64,000 bases of DNA from Eledone cirrhosa (lineage: Eukaryota). The DNA is taken from the NCBI GenBank assembly GCA_964016885.1, contig OZ024741.1:41478001-41542000 (forward strand). Direction: 5' to 3'. Position 1 is the stretch's first letter. Each line of letters starts with the position of its first letter. A program made the translations under genes and the position numbers. Of this stretch, positions 53,833 to 64,000 are shown piece after piece. Under the pieces are notes generated by a model that worked only from the letters and a program-made list of their open reading frames with translations, searched no databases and had not been told where the DNA came from.

Positions 53833-53835
<3 letters not shown>
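50775..53835 (-). mobile_element. Near-full-length RTE LINE (family B): 5' leader, APE endonuclease, RT, PHD insert; 3' end missing
   Basis: APE motifs LNVGTL, CVQEVRW, AYAPQ, GDFNGH, SQIDF, PQHRLV; RT motifs; single ORF with no ORF1, as in the RTE clade. Confidence 0.93.
50778..53648 (-). pseudogene. APE-RT ORF of LINE family B with a nonsense codon at 51645-51647 and a frameshift near 51200
   Basis: GVH*GSVLSPLL (Q>stop) continues in frame to 51174..51623; the C-terminus lies in a different frame (50745..51068 ORF). Confidence 0.9.
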
Positions 53836-53866
<31 letters not shown>

Positions 53867-53884
53867 TGTAAAATGTATATATAT

Positions 53885-54246
53885 ATAACGAAGGAAAAGT
53901 GGTAAGGAACCAGGTGGACCATAATGCACCAAAGTACTCAATAATTAGGGTAGTAGAGTGGGTAATAGGAACAAGTAAGACCCCGACGGCTGAGCTCAAG
54001 CCGTTTCGACGGCTAATTCTGGCTAATCTTTGGCTACCTCGGGTGGCGAGAAAAAGACGACGACAAAGAAAAGGAATTGCGGTAGAAGGACTAGGGAGGG
54101 ATGGGGGGAAGAAGGAAATATAGAGGAAGCGATAAAAGAATGTAAAAGATCTTACGTCTCCATTGGCAAGCAGGGGTTACCCATTACAAAATAGGCAAGA
54201 GCCGTCGAAACGGCTTGAGCTCAGCCGTCGGGGTCTTACTTGTTCC

Positions 54247-54250
<4 letters not shown>
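53885..54250 (-). mobile_element. Penelope-like pLTR fragment with inverted terminal segment
   Basis: ~53966-54015 and ~54200-54248 are exact inverted repeats; homologous to 46765-46825 and 47690-47797; a related variant lies at ~54797-54940. Confidence 0.8.
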
Positions 54251-54315
<65 letters not shown>

Positions 54316-54327
54316 TTGTGTGTGTGC

Positions 54328-54384
<57 letters not shown>

Positions 54385-54939
54385 TTGTAGCTTGCTTTTG
54401 TGTTTCATCTATACATATATATTATAAGAGATATATAAGAGTAAAGAGACCATAAATTCATAAAAACATGCATATACATGAACAAGGGTGACACATCTGT
54501 GAGGCACCCTAACACTGATGCATTAAAACTTAATACTAAGGCATGCAAGAACACGCAACTTGATCAAATCTAGTTTGGGAGATAAATTTTAAGTACAAGT
54601 AGAGAAGCAACAGAAAAAAACATAATATAAGACAAAATATATTTGAAAATCAAAGGTGGTTGTAAATAAAAATATATATATATGGGGTAGACTTTGAAAC
54701 CTTAGGTAACAGGCAACTGTGGTGAGTAACATTGATAATTCATACATGTATGTATGTGTGTGTATATATGTATGTATGTGTATATATATATAAACAAAGA
54801 GGGTGTGGTAAGATTCCAGGTGGGACATAATGCACCAGAGTACTTAATACTTAGGGTAGTAGAGTGGGTAATAGGAAAATATGGCTGAGCACCAGCCATT
54901 TTCAACAGCTAGATCCGAAATGGCTGGAGCTCAGCTTTC

Positions 54940-55675
54940 GAGAGGAACGAAGCTTGCATGCTCCGCTGGATGTGTAATAGTAATATACGTGAACGGCAAA
55001 GCATAAACGAACTAAGGGAAAAATTAGGAATAAGAGGGATCAGATGTTGTTTACTCGAGAAAAGACTACGTTGGTACAGGTACGTGATGCGCATGAAAGA
55101 CGACAGCTGTATAAAAAAGTACAGGGCAAAAAAAATAGACGGTAGCCACGGAGTAGGCAGACCCAGAAAAACCTGGGACGACTTGATAAATTCCGACCTC
55201 ACACACTTACACCTCTCCAAGACAATGTCACTGGACCGAGATCTTTGGCGCTACACAGTAATACAGAAGACCTGCCTTACCTAAGTACAAAGTGAAACCT
55301 ACCAGAGTCAGTAGGCACCTCTAACAAAATACACCCCCGTCCCACTACCCCCACCCCATCAACACCACCCCTTTCAATGTAAAGTTATGTTGGTACCACA
55401 ACATCCAGTCCGAAACAAATGAGGTCGTGTAGGTGTCACAACAAAAAAACACACAGTCCACGCTGTAATATGGCCGTGTAGGTAACACGGTAAAAACCTC
55501 CCAGTCCACACTGTAAACGTGGTTGGTGTTAGGAAGGGCATCCAGCCGTAGAAAACCCGCCAGACAGTCCTATGCGAGCAAGACAACCACTCTTGCCTCA
55601 AGTGGGAAAACTCCCGTCCAAACCCATGCAAGCGTGGAAGATGAACGTTAAACGAAGATGATGATGATGATGATA
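54940..55675 (+). mobile_element. 5'-truncated LINE family A copy
   Basis: ORF 54958..55284 is near-identical to the LINE C-terminus; full 3' UTR and (GAT)n tail. Confidence 0.93.
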
Positions 55676-57271
55676 TATATATATATATATAAAGCACAAA
55701 GTAAATTCTTTGAAAAAAGAAGATAATTTAGAAATAGTTAAGAATTTAAGGAGTTAATGAAGAAAAAGATTTTCTTTAAGCATTCCTACTATCTCTTTAG
55801 TAGAGTTTAAGGAATCTTCCTGTTTCTTATGACCAAATATTTTTTTTACATGAACAGCTACACATTTTCTGTAAACACCAAATATTTATGATGAGCTCTT
55901 TTTAGAAACATTTGTTGTTTTAAAATTTAATGTGTGTGTATGTATGTAAGCTTTTATGTGCAGTTATGTATGTTCACACATGTAAATGGAAAGATACTGA
56001 AACTCAGTTTTTTTGTGGGGGGTTTAAGATTTAGTCAGAGGGAGGGTGGTGCCCCTGGAACCCTTTTCAGAGTCTCAGAAACTAGCAACATGAAGAGAAG
56101 ACGGACATCATTAAATTGGAGATTGGTATTGTTACTACTAGTCTGTGTGTTTGAAACCAGATGCTTTATGCCATAACTTTGAGTGACCAATTCCTTTTTG
56201 TGCAGGTTTCCACTGAGATTTTTTATATCCCCAGTCCTAAAAAATCATGATGATGGCATGATGCCATGCCATGGAAGGAACCCCATGGAATGTCTGATGC
56301 AACAGGTATCAGTGGTTGTTCTCAATGGTAATACTGTTACTATTTTCTCAGGGTTGTACAGTTTGACCCCCTCTCAATTACTACCTCACATTTTTACTTC
56401 CTTCTTTTTGTTTTATCTTTTACTTATTATTGTAGTATAATATATCTTATTTCTTCTGTCACTTATAGATGCCATAGATACATTGTAGTTGTTATTGTTG
56501 TATGTGTGTGTAGCTAATAATATATTTTAGTTACAGATCAAGCAGGCTTCAAAATAATATCAAATCAAACACTTTAACATTTAAACTTCAACAAACTGAA
56601 CACAATACCACCAATCACCTTTGTTGTGAGTTTTGCTCATCTACAGACAATCCTCCACATGCACACACACACACACACAGACGTGCGCGCACACACACAC
56701 AGGTTTGTATAATTATAGCCATACTTACTTTTGCTTTCATGTAACAGCAATTCGGAGAAATGCCAGCAAGTCAGGTTTAAAGTAAAATCCAACAGCGTTA
56801 ATTTTGGAACAGTTGAATCTGAAAAGGATAATATAAAGAGAAAATTGAATATTATTTTTATTTTTTGAGCCAGGTTTTATCCTCATTTTATAATAGAGGG
56901 GAGATTTAATTTATTGAACTTAAAACACTATAGTTGAAATATATGCTTACGCTGTATTTGATTAAATAAAGTTAGTCTGAAAGTGAGGATTTATAAAAAC
57001 ACACAGACTAGTAGTAACAATACCAATCTCCAATTCACTCTTTGTTTCATAAACAAAGCTTGCTTTGTCTCTCACTCTATAGTTATTTTAATGTACCAAC
57101 ATTGCTGTGTGGTTAAGAAATTCACTATATAACCACATGGCTTTACTTTCAGTCCTACTGTGTGGCACGTTCAGTTAAAGTCTACTATAGCCTCTGGTTC
57201 CCTAAAGCCTTAAGAACAAAATTTACAAGATGGAAATTGCATAAGCCTGTTTATATATCATCATTATCATC

Positions 57272-57460
57272 AGGTGGATTGGCAATACCGGTAGAGGGTC
57301 GGACGCTATGCTTTGACGCATGGAGTTACAGCCCTTGCCATTCTGAGTTCAAATCCCGCCGAGGTTAACTTTGCCTTTCATCCTTACAGGGTCGATAAAA
57401 TAAAGTACCAGTAATGCACTGGGTAATTGCTGGCCTTGTGCCAAAAGTAGAAACAATTAT
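57272..57460 (+). mobile_element. SINE family 1
   Basis: Full-length copy. Confidence 0.88.
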
Positions 57461-57871
57461 CATCATCACTGTTTAACATCCATAGCATGGTTAAGACAAG
57501 TGGTCCTCTTTGAGACAAGTCAGATCAGGTGACCATGTCTTGCTCACGTAGAACTGTTTCTTGCATAGTTTGTGTGTGTGTGTGTGTGTGTGTATGTATG
57601 CGTGTGCGTGTGTGTGTGCTCCTGTGTTCACATTTACTTTTTGTTTATGTCACATAACTTAGCAGTTTGACAAAAAGAGATCAATAACATAAGTACTAGA
57701 GCAGAGCAGGAAAATAAACACTGGGTTGATATGATCAACATACATATTCAATAGAAAGGGGGCAGCTTATATTCAAGGTCAATATTTTGAAGACTTTCAC
57801 CAACTCCAAATTCTGTGTAAATAAGGTTTGGATTTTCACCCATTTCTCAGACATAAAATAGCAGGAGGTAA

Positions 57872-60083
57872 TGTAGCAAGAGTTGCCTCCCTTGTTGTGA
57901 CGATCACATCACCAATAGATTAACGCTCTCTAGACAGGAAGTAGCTGGAGTTACTTCCCGTTGGGGTGGCAGAACCCCTTTTGTCACTTCCATCTTGAGA
58001 CCCTATAAAAGGGATACTCAGAGCGATCTCTACCTCTCATTTGCCTTTCGGCTCCTGGCCTTCTAACCTGCCTGGCCCTTCGGCCAGGCACGTTCGACTG
58101 GCAACCCTAACTTGGTCTCTTGCGAGCTAACTTCAAAACGGTAACAAATAACTTTACTTCATTCTTTCATCTACTTTCATTGACTTGTCAACCATTCTGT
58201 TCTACATAACTGCAACTTGTTAATTAAACTTTATATACACAACCTAGTGTCTTGTTATATTCATACACACCAGTATTTTGTTATAAGTGGTGACCCCGAA
58301 TAGAAAAGAACAAAATAGCAGAATCTGGTGTTGTGTGAGTATGGAAAAAAGAAAATTAATTAGCAGTACCCCATTTTCGTTGGAATGTGTCAACCAACAT
58401 TTTGAATACGCAGCAAACTTTATTAACAAACTAGGAAAATACGCACACAGAAACGAACACACGCACATGTGAAATTCTCGTTCAGACAGACTTTTTTTCT
58501 CTCACGCACGTGTCGTACATCAACTAAGTGTCGCATTTCACTTGATGTATATATATGTTTTTCGTTTCTTCTTACAACGAACATTTAAAAAAAAGAAAGA
58601 AATTTGATTTTTTTTTTTTTACACATTTCAACATGAACATTTATTTTCGCTGAATCTCAACTATTGCTTATTCTTTCCGCAAAGTTTTTTTCATCGTTCA
58701 CAAAAAAGTTGAACTCGCCATATTTGTTATACCAAGTGAAGCCTTTCTTTCTGTTTCATCATATTATCACGTTCACACACGAACTTTTCAAAATGGCTGC
58801 CAACAACCTTGTTTCGGCACGTGTGGGCAGCACACATCTGGACTCACTGAGATACCACACACCATAGAAATATTTTTTTCGACTTGACTTTAACCTTGTT
58901 TCGGCACGTGTGGGCAGCACACATCTCGACTCACTGAGATACCACACGCCATGGATAATGTTTCTCGCCAAGGATTCTCCAGCCTTAAGCTATATTCTCC
59001 TATTTGCCGGTTTAAAAATTTACCACGTAAATTTGCCGTTGAAAACTGCGCATTTATTCAGGATGCTTATTTCTTTGGTCGCTGGCCTCTTGACCCTTCC
59101 AGGTCAACACATTTTCAACATCGACCATCAACTTTCGTTGTTATTTCTAGCACTTTGCGCAACTCATTTTTTCTGGGAAAAGTTTTACTGTGAATTTAAA
59201 CATCGAATACGCTCACTCCGCAAGACAACACAGCTTCATCAATAACCAAAACCAGCAGAACAAACCAGAGAATTTATTTTTGCAGCACTCTTCCTGTGAG
59301 AAAATCCCTTTGGAGGTTGGAAATTTCACGTTATACCACAGACCAGAAACCACCTGCATTCATTCTCTGGAACACACTTTCTTTCCTGCTGTCATGTGAT
59401 TGCACACATGTGAACTGAATTTTGAACATTTGAACTTTGACCTCTACTTTTACTTTGATTACATTTGAGTGATGGATAGATAGTTCTCTGGCCAAGAGCG
59501 GTTGGCTACCTTGATATCTATCATTGATTTTTGCATGCATATATTTTGCTGTTTTCCTTTTATTGCAAACATTATTTTTTTCGTAATTTTCATGCCTGTT
59601 ACATGCTCGCCATCTTACTCCATACATGTTTCATTCGATTTTTATGTTTTAAAAATCTGGTGGGGGATAATTAGCAAGAGTTGCCTCCCCTGCTGTGACG
59701 ATCACATCACCAATAGATTAACGCTCTCTAGACAGGAAGTAGCTGGAGTTACTTCCCGTTGGGGTGGCAGAACCCTTTTTGTCACTTCCGTTTTGAGACC
59801 CTATAAAAGGGATACTCAGAGCGATCTCTACCTCTCATTTGCCTTTCGGCTCCTGGCCTTCTAACCTGCCTGGCCCTTCGGCCAGGCGTGTTCGACTGGC
59901 AACCCTAACTTGGTCTCTTGCGAGCTAACTTCAAAACGGTAACAAATAACTTTACTTCATTCTTTCATCTACTTTCATTGACTTGTCAACCATTCTGTTC
60001 TACATAACTGCAACTTGTTAATTAAACTTTATATACACAACCTAGTGTCTTGTTATATTCATACACACCAGTATTTTGTTATA
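57872..60083 (+). mobile_element. Non-autonomous LTR retroelement (TRIM/LARD-like), ~2.2 kb, no coding capacity
   Basis: Near-identical ~413-bp LTRs 57872-58285 and 59671-60083; PBS TGGTGACCCCGA at 58288-58299; purine-rich tract GGTGGGGGATAA before the 3' LTR; no gag/pol-like ORF. Confidence 0.92.
58288..58299 (+). promoter_or_regulatory. Primer-binding site complementary to the tRNA-Trp 3' end
   Basis: TGGTGACCCCGA is the reverse complement of ...TCGGGGTCACCA, the animal tRNA-Trp acceptor end; lies 2 nt after the 5' LTR. Confidence 0.8.
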
Positions 60084-60739
60084 AGCTTATATTCGAGTAT
60101 ATAAGGTAACTAAATCTCTTCATATGGTGCCCCAGCATGTCTATAGTCAATGACTGAAACCAATAAAAGAAATAAAAGAATATGTATTTGGCTGTGGTTA
60201 AGAAGTTCACTTTTCAAAAAGGTGGTTTCAGGTTCTAGTTGAGGGCCAGGCTCACTGTGGCAACTCACTACCTTTATTTCTTTTCATTCTACCCTATCCC
60301 TCCCTCCACTGTATTACCAATGCAGTCATCATGTTACTATTTCCTCACACTAATCCTCTATCAGTCAAGTCCAGTCCCTCTCTCAGTAACATGTAACCCA
60401 GTACAACCTGTACAAATGTTATCTTTAATATGTTTTTGTCTGAATTTTGAAGATATCTTCACCAAGAATTATAATCTTAATTACTTTGTTTTTGTTTTTT
60501 TTTGCGGTTGTTAATGTTTTTTTTTTGTTGTTTCTTTTTTTGTTATTTTATATATATTTTTTATTAACTTAAGTATCTATTGTTTTTTCTTTTCTTTTCT
60601 TTCTTTTTTCTTCATATCTGTTAACAAGTCAGTGAACAAATATTGGCCTATTATCTTACTTTGATAAACAACAGAAACACAATAGTTATAGAAAGGAACT
60701 AAGGTGAAGAGGAAGTACAAAAGGAGTAAGCTGAAGACT

Positions 60740-61085
60740 TGGTGATTGTAGTGGTTGTAATGGTGGTGATTGTAGTGGTTGTAATGGTGGTGGTGGTTGT
60801 GGTAGCTGTGGTTGTGATGGTGGTGGTGGTTGTAGTGGTGTTGGTGGTGGTGGTAGCTGAGGTGGTGGTGCTGGTGGTTGTGGTTGTAGTGGTGGTTGTG
60901 GTTGTTGTAGCTGTGGTGGTGGTGGTGACTATGGAGGTGAAGGACTGGCTTTGAGATGATGATGATGATGATGGTGGTTGTGATGACAGTGATGATGAAT
61001 ATGGTAGTGATGACTGATGATGATGGTGATAACAATGATGATGATGATGATCGTGATACCGATGGTGGTGGTGGCGGTGGTGAAG
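60740..61085. repeat. (GGT/GAT/TGT)n trinucleotide tract
   Basis: Directly visible. Confidence 0.9.
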
Positions 61086-61575
61086 ATTTTTGTAACAGAT
61101 CTAAAGATTACTGAAGCTTCTGTAGAAAACACTTGAAATCAATTTGTCAAGTGTTTGCAAGAAGAAGCCGTTTATCAGCTAAACAAAAGATTAGCTGACT
61201 ACATCAACTACAAGAGGAACAAGAACAACAGCAGAAACAGGATTTTAATGAAAGTAAAACATTGTAGAGTTAGAAGCAAAGCAGGTGACTAAAGATAAAA
61301 TAATGTAGAACTTCAGAAAATCTAGGAGATAGTTTGGAAAGTGTCAAAAGGAGTGAGAGACAGTGACAGGAAAATGGTGTGTGTGTGTGTGCGCACGCGC
61401 ATGCATGTGTTTCATGATATTATCTCCAGTGAACGCAGTATAGTCAAATGGTGAAGAGGTTCACTTTGTATTTCCCATATTCATTGCCATTGTGTGACAG
61501 TTTAGGGCAAGTTTCTTTTATTATATACTTAGGTTGACTTAACGTTTTAGCATTTACATTACTCATATATATATA

Positions 61576-64000
61576 TCATCATCATCATCATCAGGTTTAG
61601 CGTCCGTGTTCCACGCTTGCATGGGTTTGGACGGGGGTTTTCCCACTTGAGGCAAGAGTGGTTGTCTTGCTCGCATAGGACTGTCTGGCGGGTTTTCTAC
61701 AGTTGGATGCCCTTCCTAACACCAACCGCATTTACAGTGTGGGGCTGGGAGGTTTTTACCGTGTTGCCTACACGGCCACATTACAGCGTGGACTGTCTGG
61801 CGGGTTTTCTACAGCTGGATGCCCTTCCTAACACCAACCACATTTACAGTGTGGGGCTGGGAGGTTTTTACCGTGTTGCCTACACGGCCACATTTACAGC
61901 GTGGACTGTGTGTTTTTTTGTCGTGACACCTACACGATCTCATTTGTTTCGGCCTGGATGCTGTGGGACCAACATAACTTTACATTGAAAGGGGCGGTGT
62001 GGGTGGGGTGGAGGTGGTGGGACGGGGGTGTGTTTTGATAGAGGTGCCTACTGACTGTAGTAGGTTTTTACTTTGTATTTAGGTAAGGCGGGTCTTCTCT
62101 ATTACTGAGTACCGCCAAAGGTCTCGGTCCAGTGACATTGTCTTGGAGAGGTGTAAGCGTGTGAGGTCGGAATTTATCAGCTCGTCCCATGTTTTTCTGG
62201 GTCTGCCTACTCCGTGGCTACCGTCTATCTTTATTGCCCTGCACTTTGTTATACAGCTGTCGTCTTTCATGCGCATCACGTGACCGTACCAACGTAGCCT
62301 TCTCTCGAGTAAACAACATCTGATCCCTCTTATTTCTAATTTTTTCCTTAGTTCGTTTATGCTTTGCCGTTCACGTATATTACTATTGCACATCCAGCGG
62401 AGCATGCAAGCTTCGTTCCTCTCTAGTCTGCGTATATCCTCTGCACACAATGCCCAGGTCTCACTGCCATGCAGCATTGCTGTTCGTATGCAGGCATCGT
62501 ATAACCTGCCTTTCATTTTTAGGGAGAACCCTCTAGCGGCTAATAGTGGTATAAGCTCTCTGAACTTTTTCCATCCAGTTCTGACTCTAGCTACTGTACT
62601 TTCAGAGCACCCTCCCCCACTGCTGATTTTGTCACCCAGATAACGGAAGCTGTCCACTATTTCTATAGAACCCTCTGCGCAGTTGAAGGAGCTAGTATTA
62701 TGTGGGCACTTGCTGCTACTTATTGCACCAGAGCACCGGCCACATGTAAAATCTATGTTCTTAGTTAGCTTACCTGTGATCCCACTACATCTTTTATGCA
62801 CCCATACTTTGCATTTGGGACATAAAATGGAGTTTCTACCTACGCCTTTCCTACACACTGAGCATGGCCATTTCCCCGATGGGACCGCCGCCTTATTTTC
62901 TTTCCTACAAACTAGAACTTTAGTCTTAGCCAGGTTAATTTTAAGGCCTTTTGATTCTAGGCCGTGCTTCCACGTTTGGAATTTCTTCTCTAGTTCGGTC
63001 ATTGATTCAGCTATGAGCGTTAGATCATCTGCGTATAGGAGTTCCCATGGGCAGCCGGTCTTGAACTCCTCTGTTATAGCCTGAAGGGCAATAATAAATA
63101 GTAGGGGGCTAAGTACAGAGCCCTGATGGACACCAACTTTTACGCTAAACTCTTCACTATATTCGTTGTTAATTCTAACCTTACTGACTGTTTCTTTATA
63201 CATGGCTTGTATAGCTCTCACAAGCCATTCGTCAACACCTAGTTTTCTAAGAGACCACCAGATAATGGAACGGGGGACTCTGTCGAAGGCTTTCTCCAAG
63301 TCGACAAAAGCTAAGTATAGGGGTTTACTTTTAGCTAGGTACTTCTCCTGTAGTTGTCGTACAATGAAAAGAGCGTCTGTGGTACTTTTGCCTGACACAA
63401 ACCCGAACTGCATTTCATCTAGATCAATTCTCTCTCTGATTAGTTGCGCTATTACTTTTTCCGTGACCTTCATGACCTGGTCGATTAATTTAATGCCTCT
63501 ATAGTTACTCCTATCTAGGGCATCTCCTTTTCCCTTATAGCAGTTAACGATGATGCTGCTACGCCATTCCTTCGGAACAACCCCATTCTGTACGACTTGG
63601 TTAACTATCCGGGTGACCATGGTGTGTCCCACCGAACCAGATGCCTTCAGCATCTCAGCAACTATTTCCGAAGGCCCAGCCGCCTTACCCGTCTTCATAT
63701 CTTTGATTGCCTTACTTATTATACTACCTTCAACTAACACTGCTGGTCCCTCTATTGGATCGATCTGGGGGAGACTGTCTTTCTCCCATTTGTTCTCCTC
63801 ATTTAGAAGCCTTTCGTAGTGACACTTCCAAGCTACCTTCTTATCAGCGTCGGTGATGGCAAGTATGCCATCATCGTTAAGTACACACTTCTCCCCGACA
63901 ATATCACGGTTTTCCTTGACACATTGCCTGGCAATCCTGAACACCTCACGTTTTTGGTCCTCACGTTGTAGAACATGCTTGAACTTTCTTTCCTCTGCTT
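61576..64000 (-). mobile_element. RTE LINE family A, young copy running off window end
   Basis: Near-identical inverted counterpart of 1-2187, with duplicated UTR module and (GAT)n tail. Confidence 0.95.
62079..64000 (-). CDS. LINE ORF (reverse transcriptase with PHD-finger insert), open through the window edge
   Basis: 621-aa ORF with all RT motifs intact; the frame stays open upstream (AEERKFKHVLQREDQKREV), so the true start is outside the window. Confidence 0.9.
   Translation of the reverse strand, partial: AEERKFKHVLQREDQKREVFRIARQCVKENRDIVGEKCVLNDDGILAITDADKKVAWKCHYERLLNEENKWEKDSLPQIDPIEGPAVLVEGSIISKAIKDMKTGKAAGPSEIVAEMLKASGSVGHTMVTRIVNQVVQNGVVPKEWRSSIIVNCYKGKGDALDRSNYRGIKLIDQVMKVTEKVIAQLIRERIDLDEMQFGFVSGKSTTDALFIVRQLQEKYLAKSKPLYLAFVDLEKAFDRVPRSIIWWSLRKLGVDEWLVRAIQAMYKETVSKVRINNEYSEEFSVKVGVHQGSVLSPLLFIIALQAITEEFKTGCPWELLYADDLTLIAESMTELEKKFQTWKHGLESKGLKINLAKTKVLVCRKENKAAVPSGKWPCSVCRKGVGRNSILCPKCKVWVHKRCSGITGKLTKNIDFTCGRCSGAISSSKCPHNTSSFNCAEGSIEIVDSFRYLGDKISSGGGCSESTVARVRTGWKKFRELIPLLAARGFSLKMKGRLYDACIRTAMLHGSETWALCAEDIRRLERNEACMLRWMCNSNIRERQSINELRKKLEIRGIRCCLLERRLRWYGHVMRMKDDSCITKCRAIKIDGSHGVGRPRKTWDELINSDLTRLHLSKTMSLDRDLWRYSVIEKTRLT

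Noticed and set aside
57872-58285. Retrozyme (hammerhead-bearing LTR)
   Set aside because: No CUGANGA...GAAA core was found by eye in the LTR on either strand

Overview
This is AT-rich, microsatellite-dense animal genomic DNA. The SINE/LINE repertoire suggests an octopod cephalopod (inference from remembered repeat families, not a database result). No host gene can be supported; nearly all listed ORFs are microsatellite read-throughs or antisense shadows of LINE ORFs. The window is a transposable-element landscape. (1) Three long RTE-clade LINE copies (1-2187 +, ~50775-53835 -, 61576-64000 -) carry a C4HC3 PHD-type finger inserted between the RT core and thumb, and there are many 3' fragments. 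(2) A decayed Penelope-like element has RT plus a truncated GIY-YIG domain, and several tiny fold-back PLE-like inserts sit in (TA)n. (3) A non-coding two-LTR element has a tRNA-Trp PBS, and a related solo LTR has a 4-bp TSD. (4) Two tRNA-derived SINE families are present. (5) hAT-, TcMar- and piggyBac-type MITEs and a CRE-like endonuclease relic are present. (6) There are two large minisatellites. The most striking unexplained signal is a covarying pseudoknot/hairpin RNA module shared by a LINE 5' leader, LINE 3' UTRs, a SINE tail and a 17-copy 48-bp array. A 200-N gap is flanked by a probable assembly duplication.
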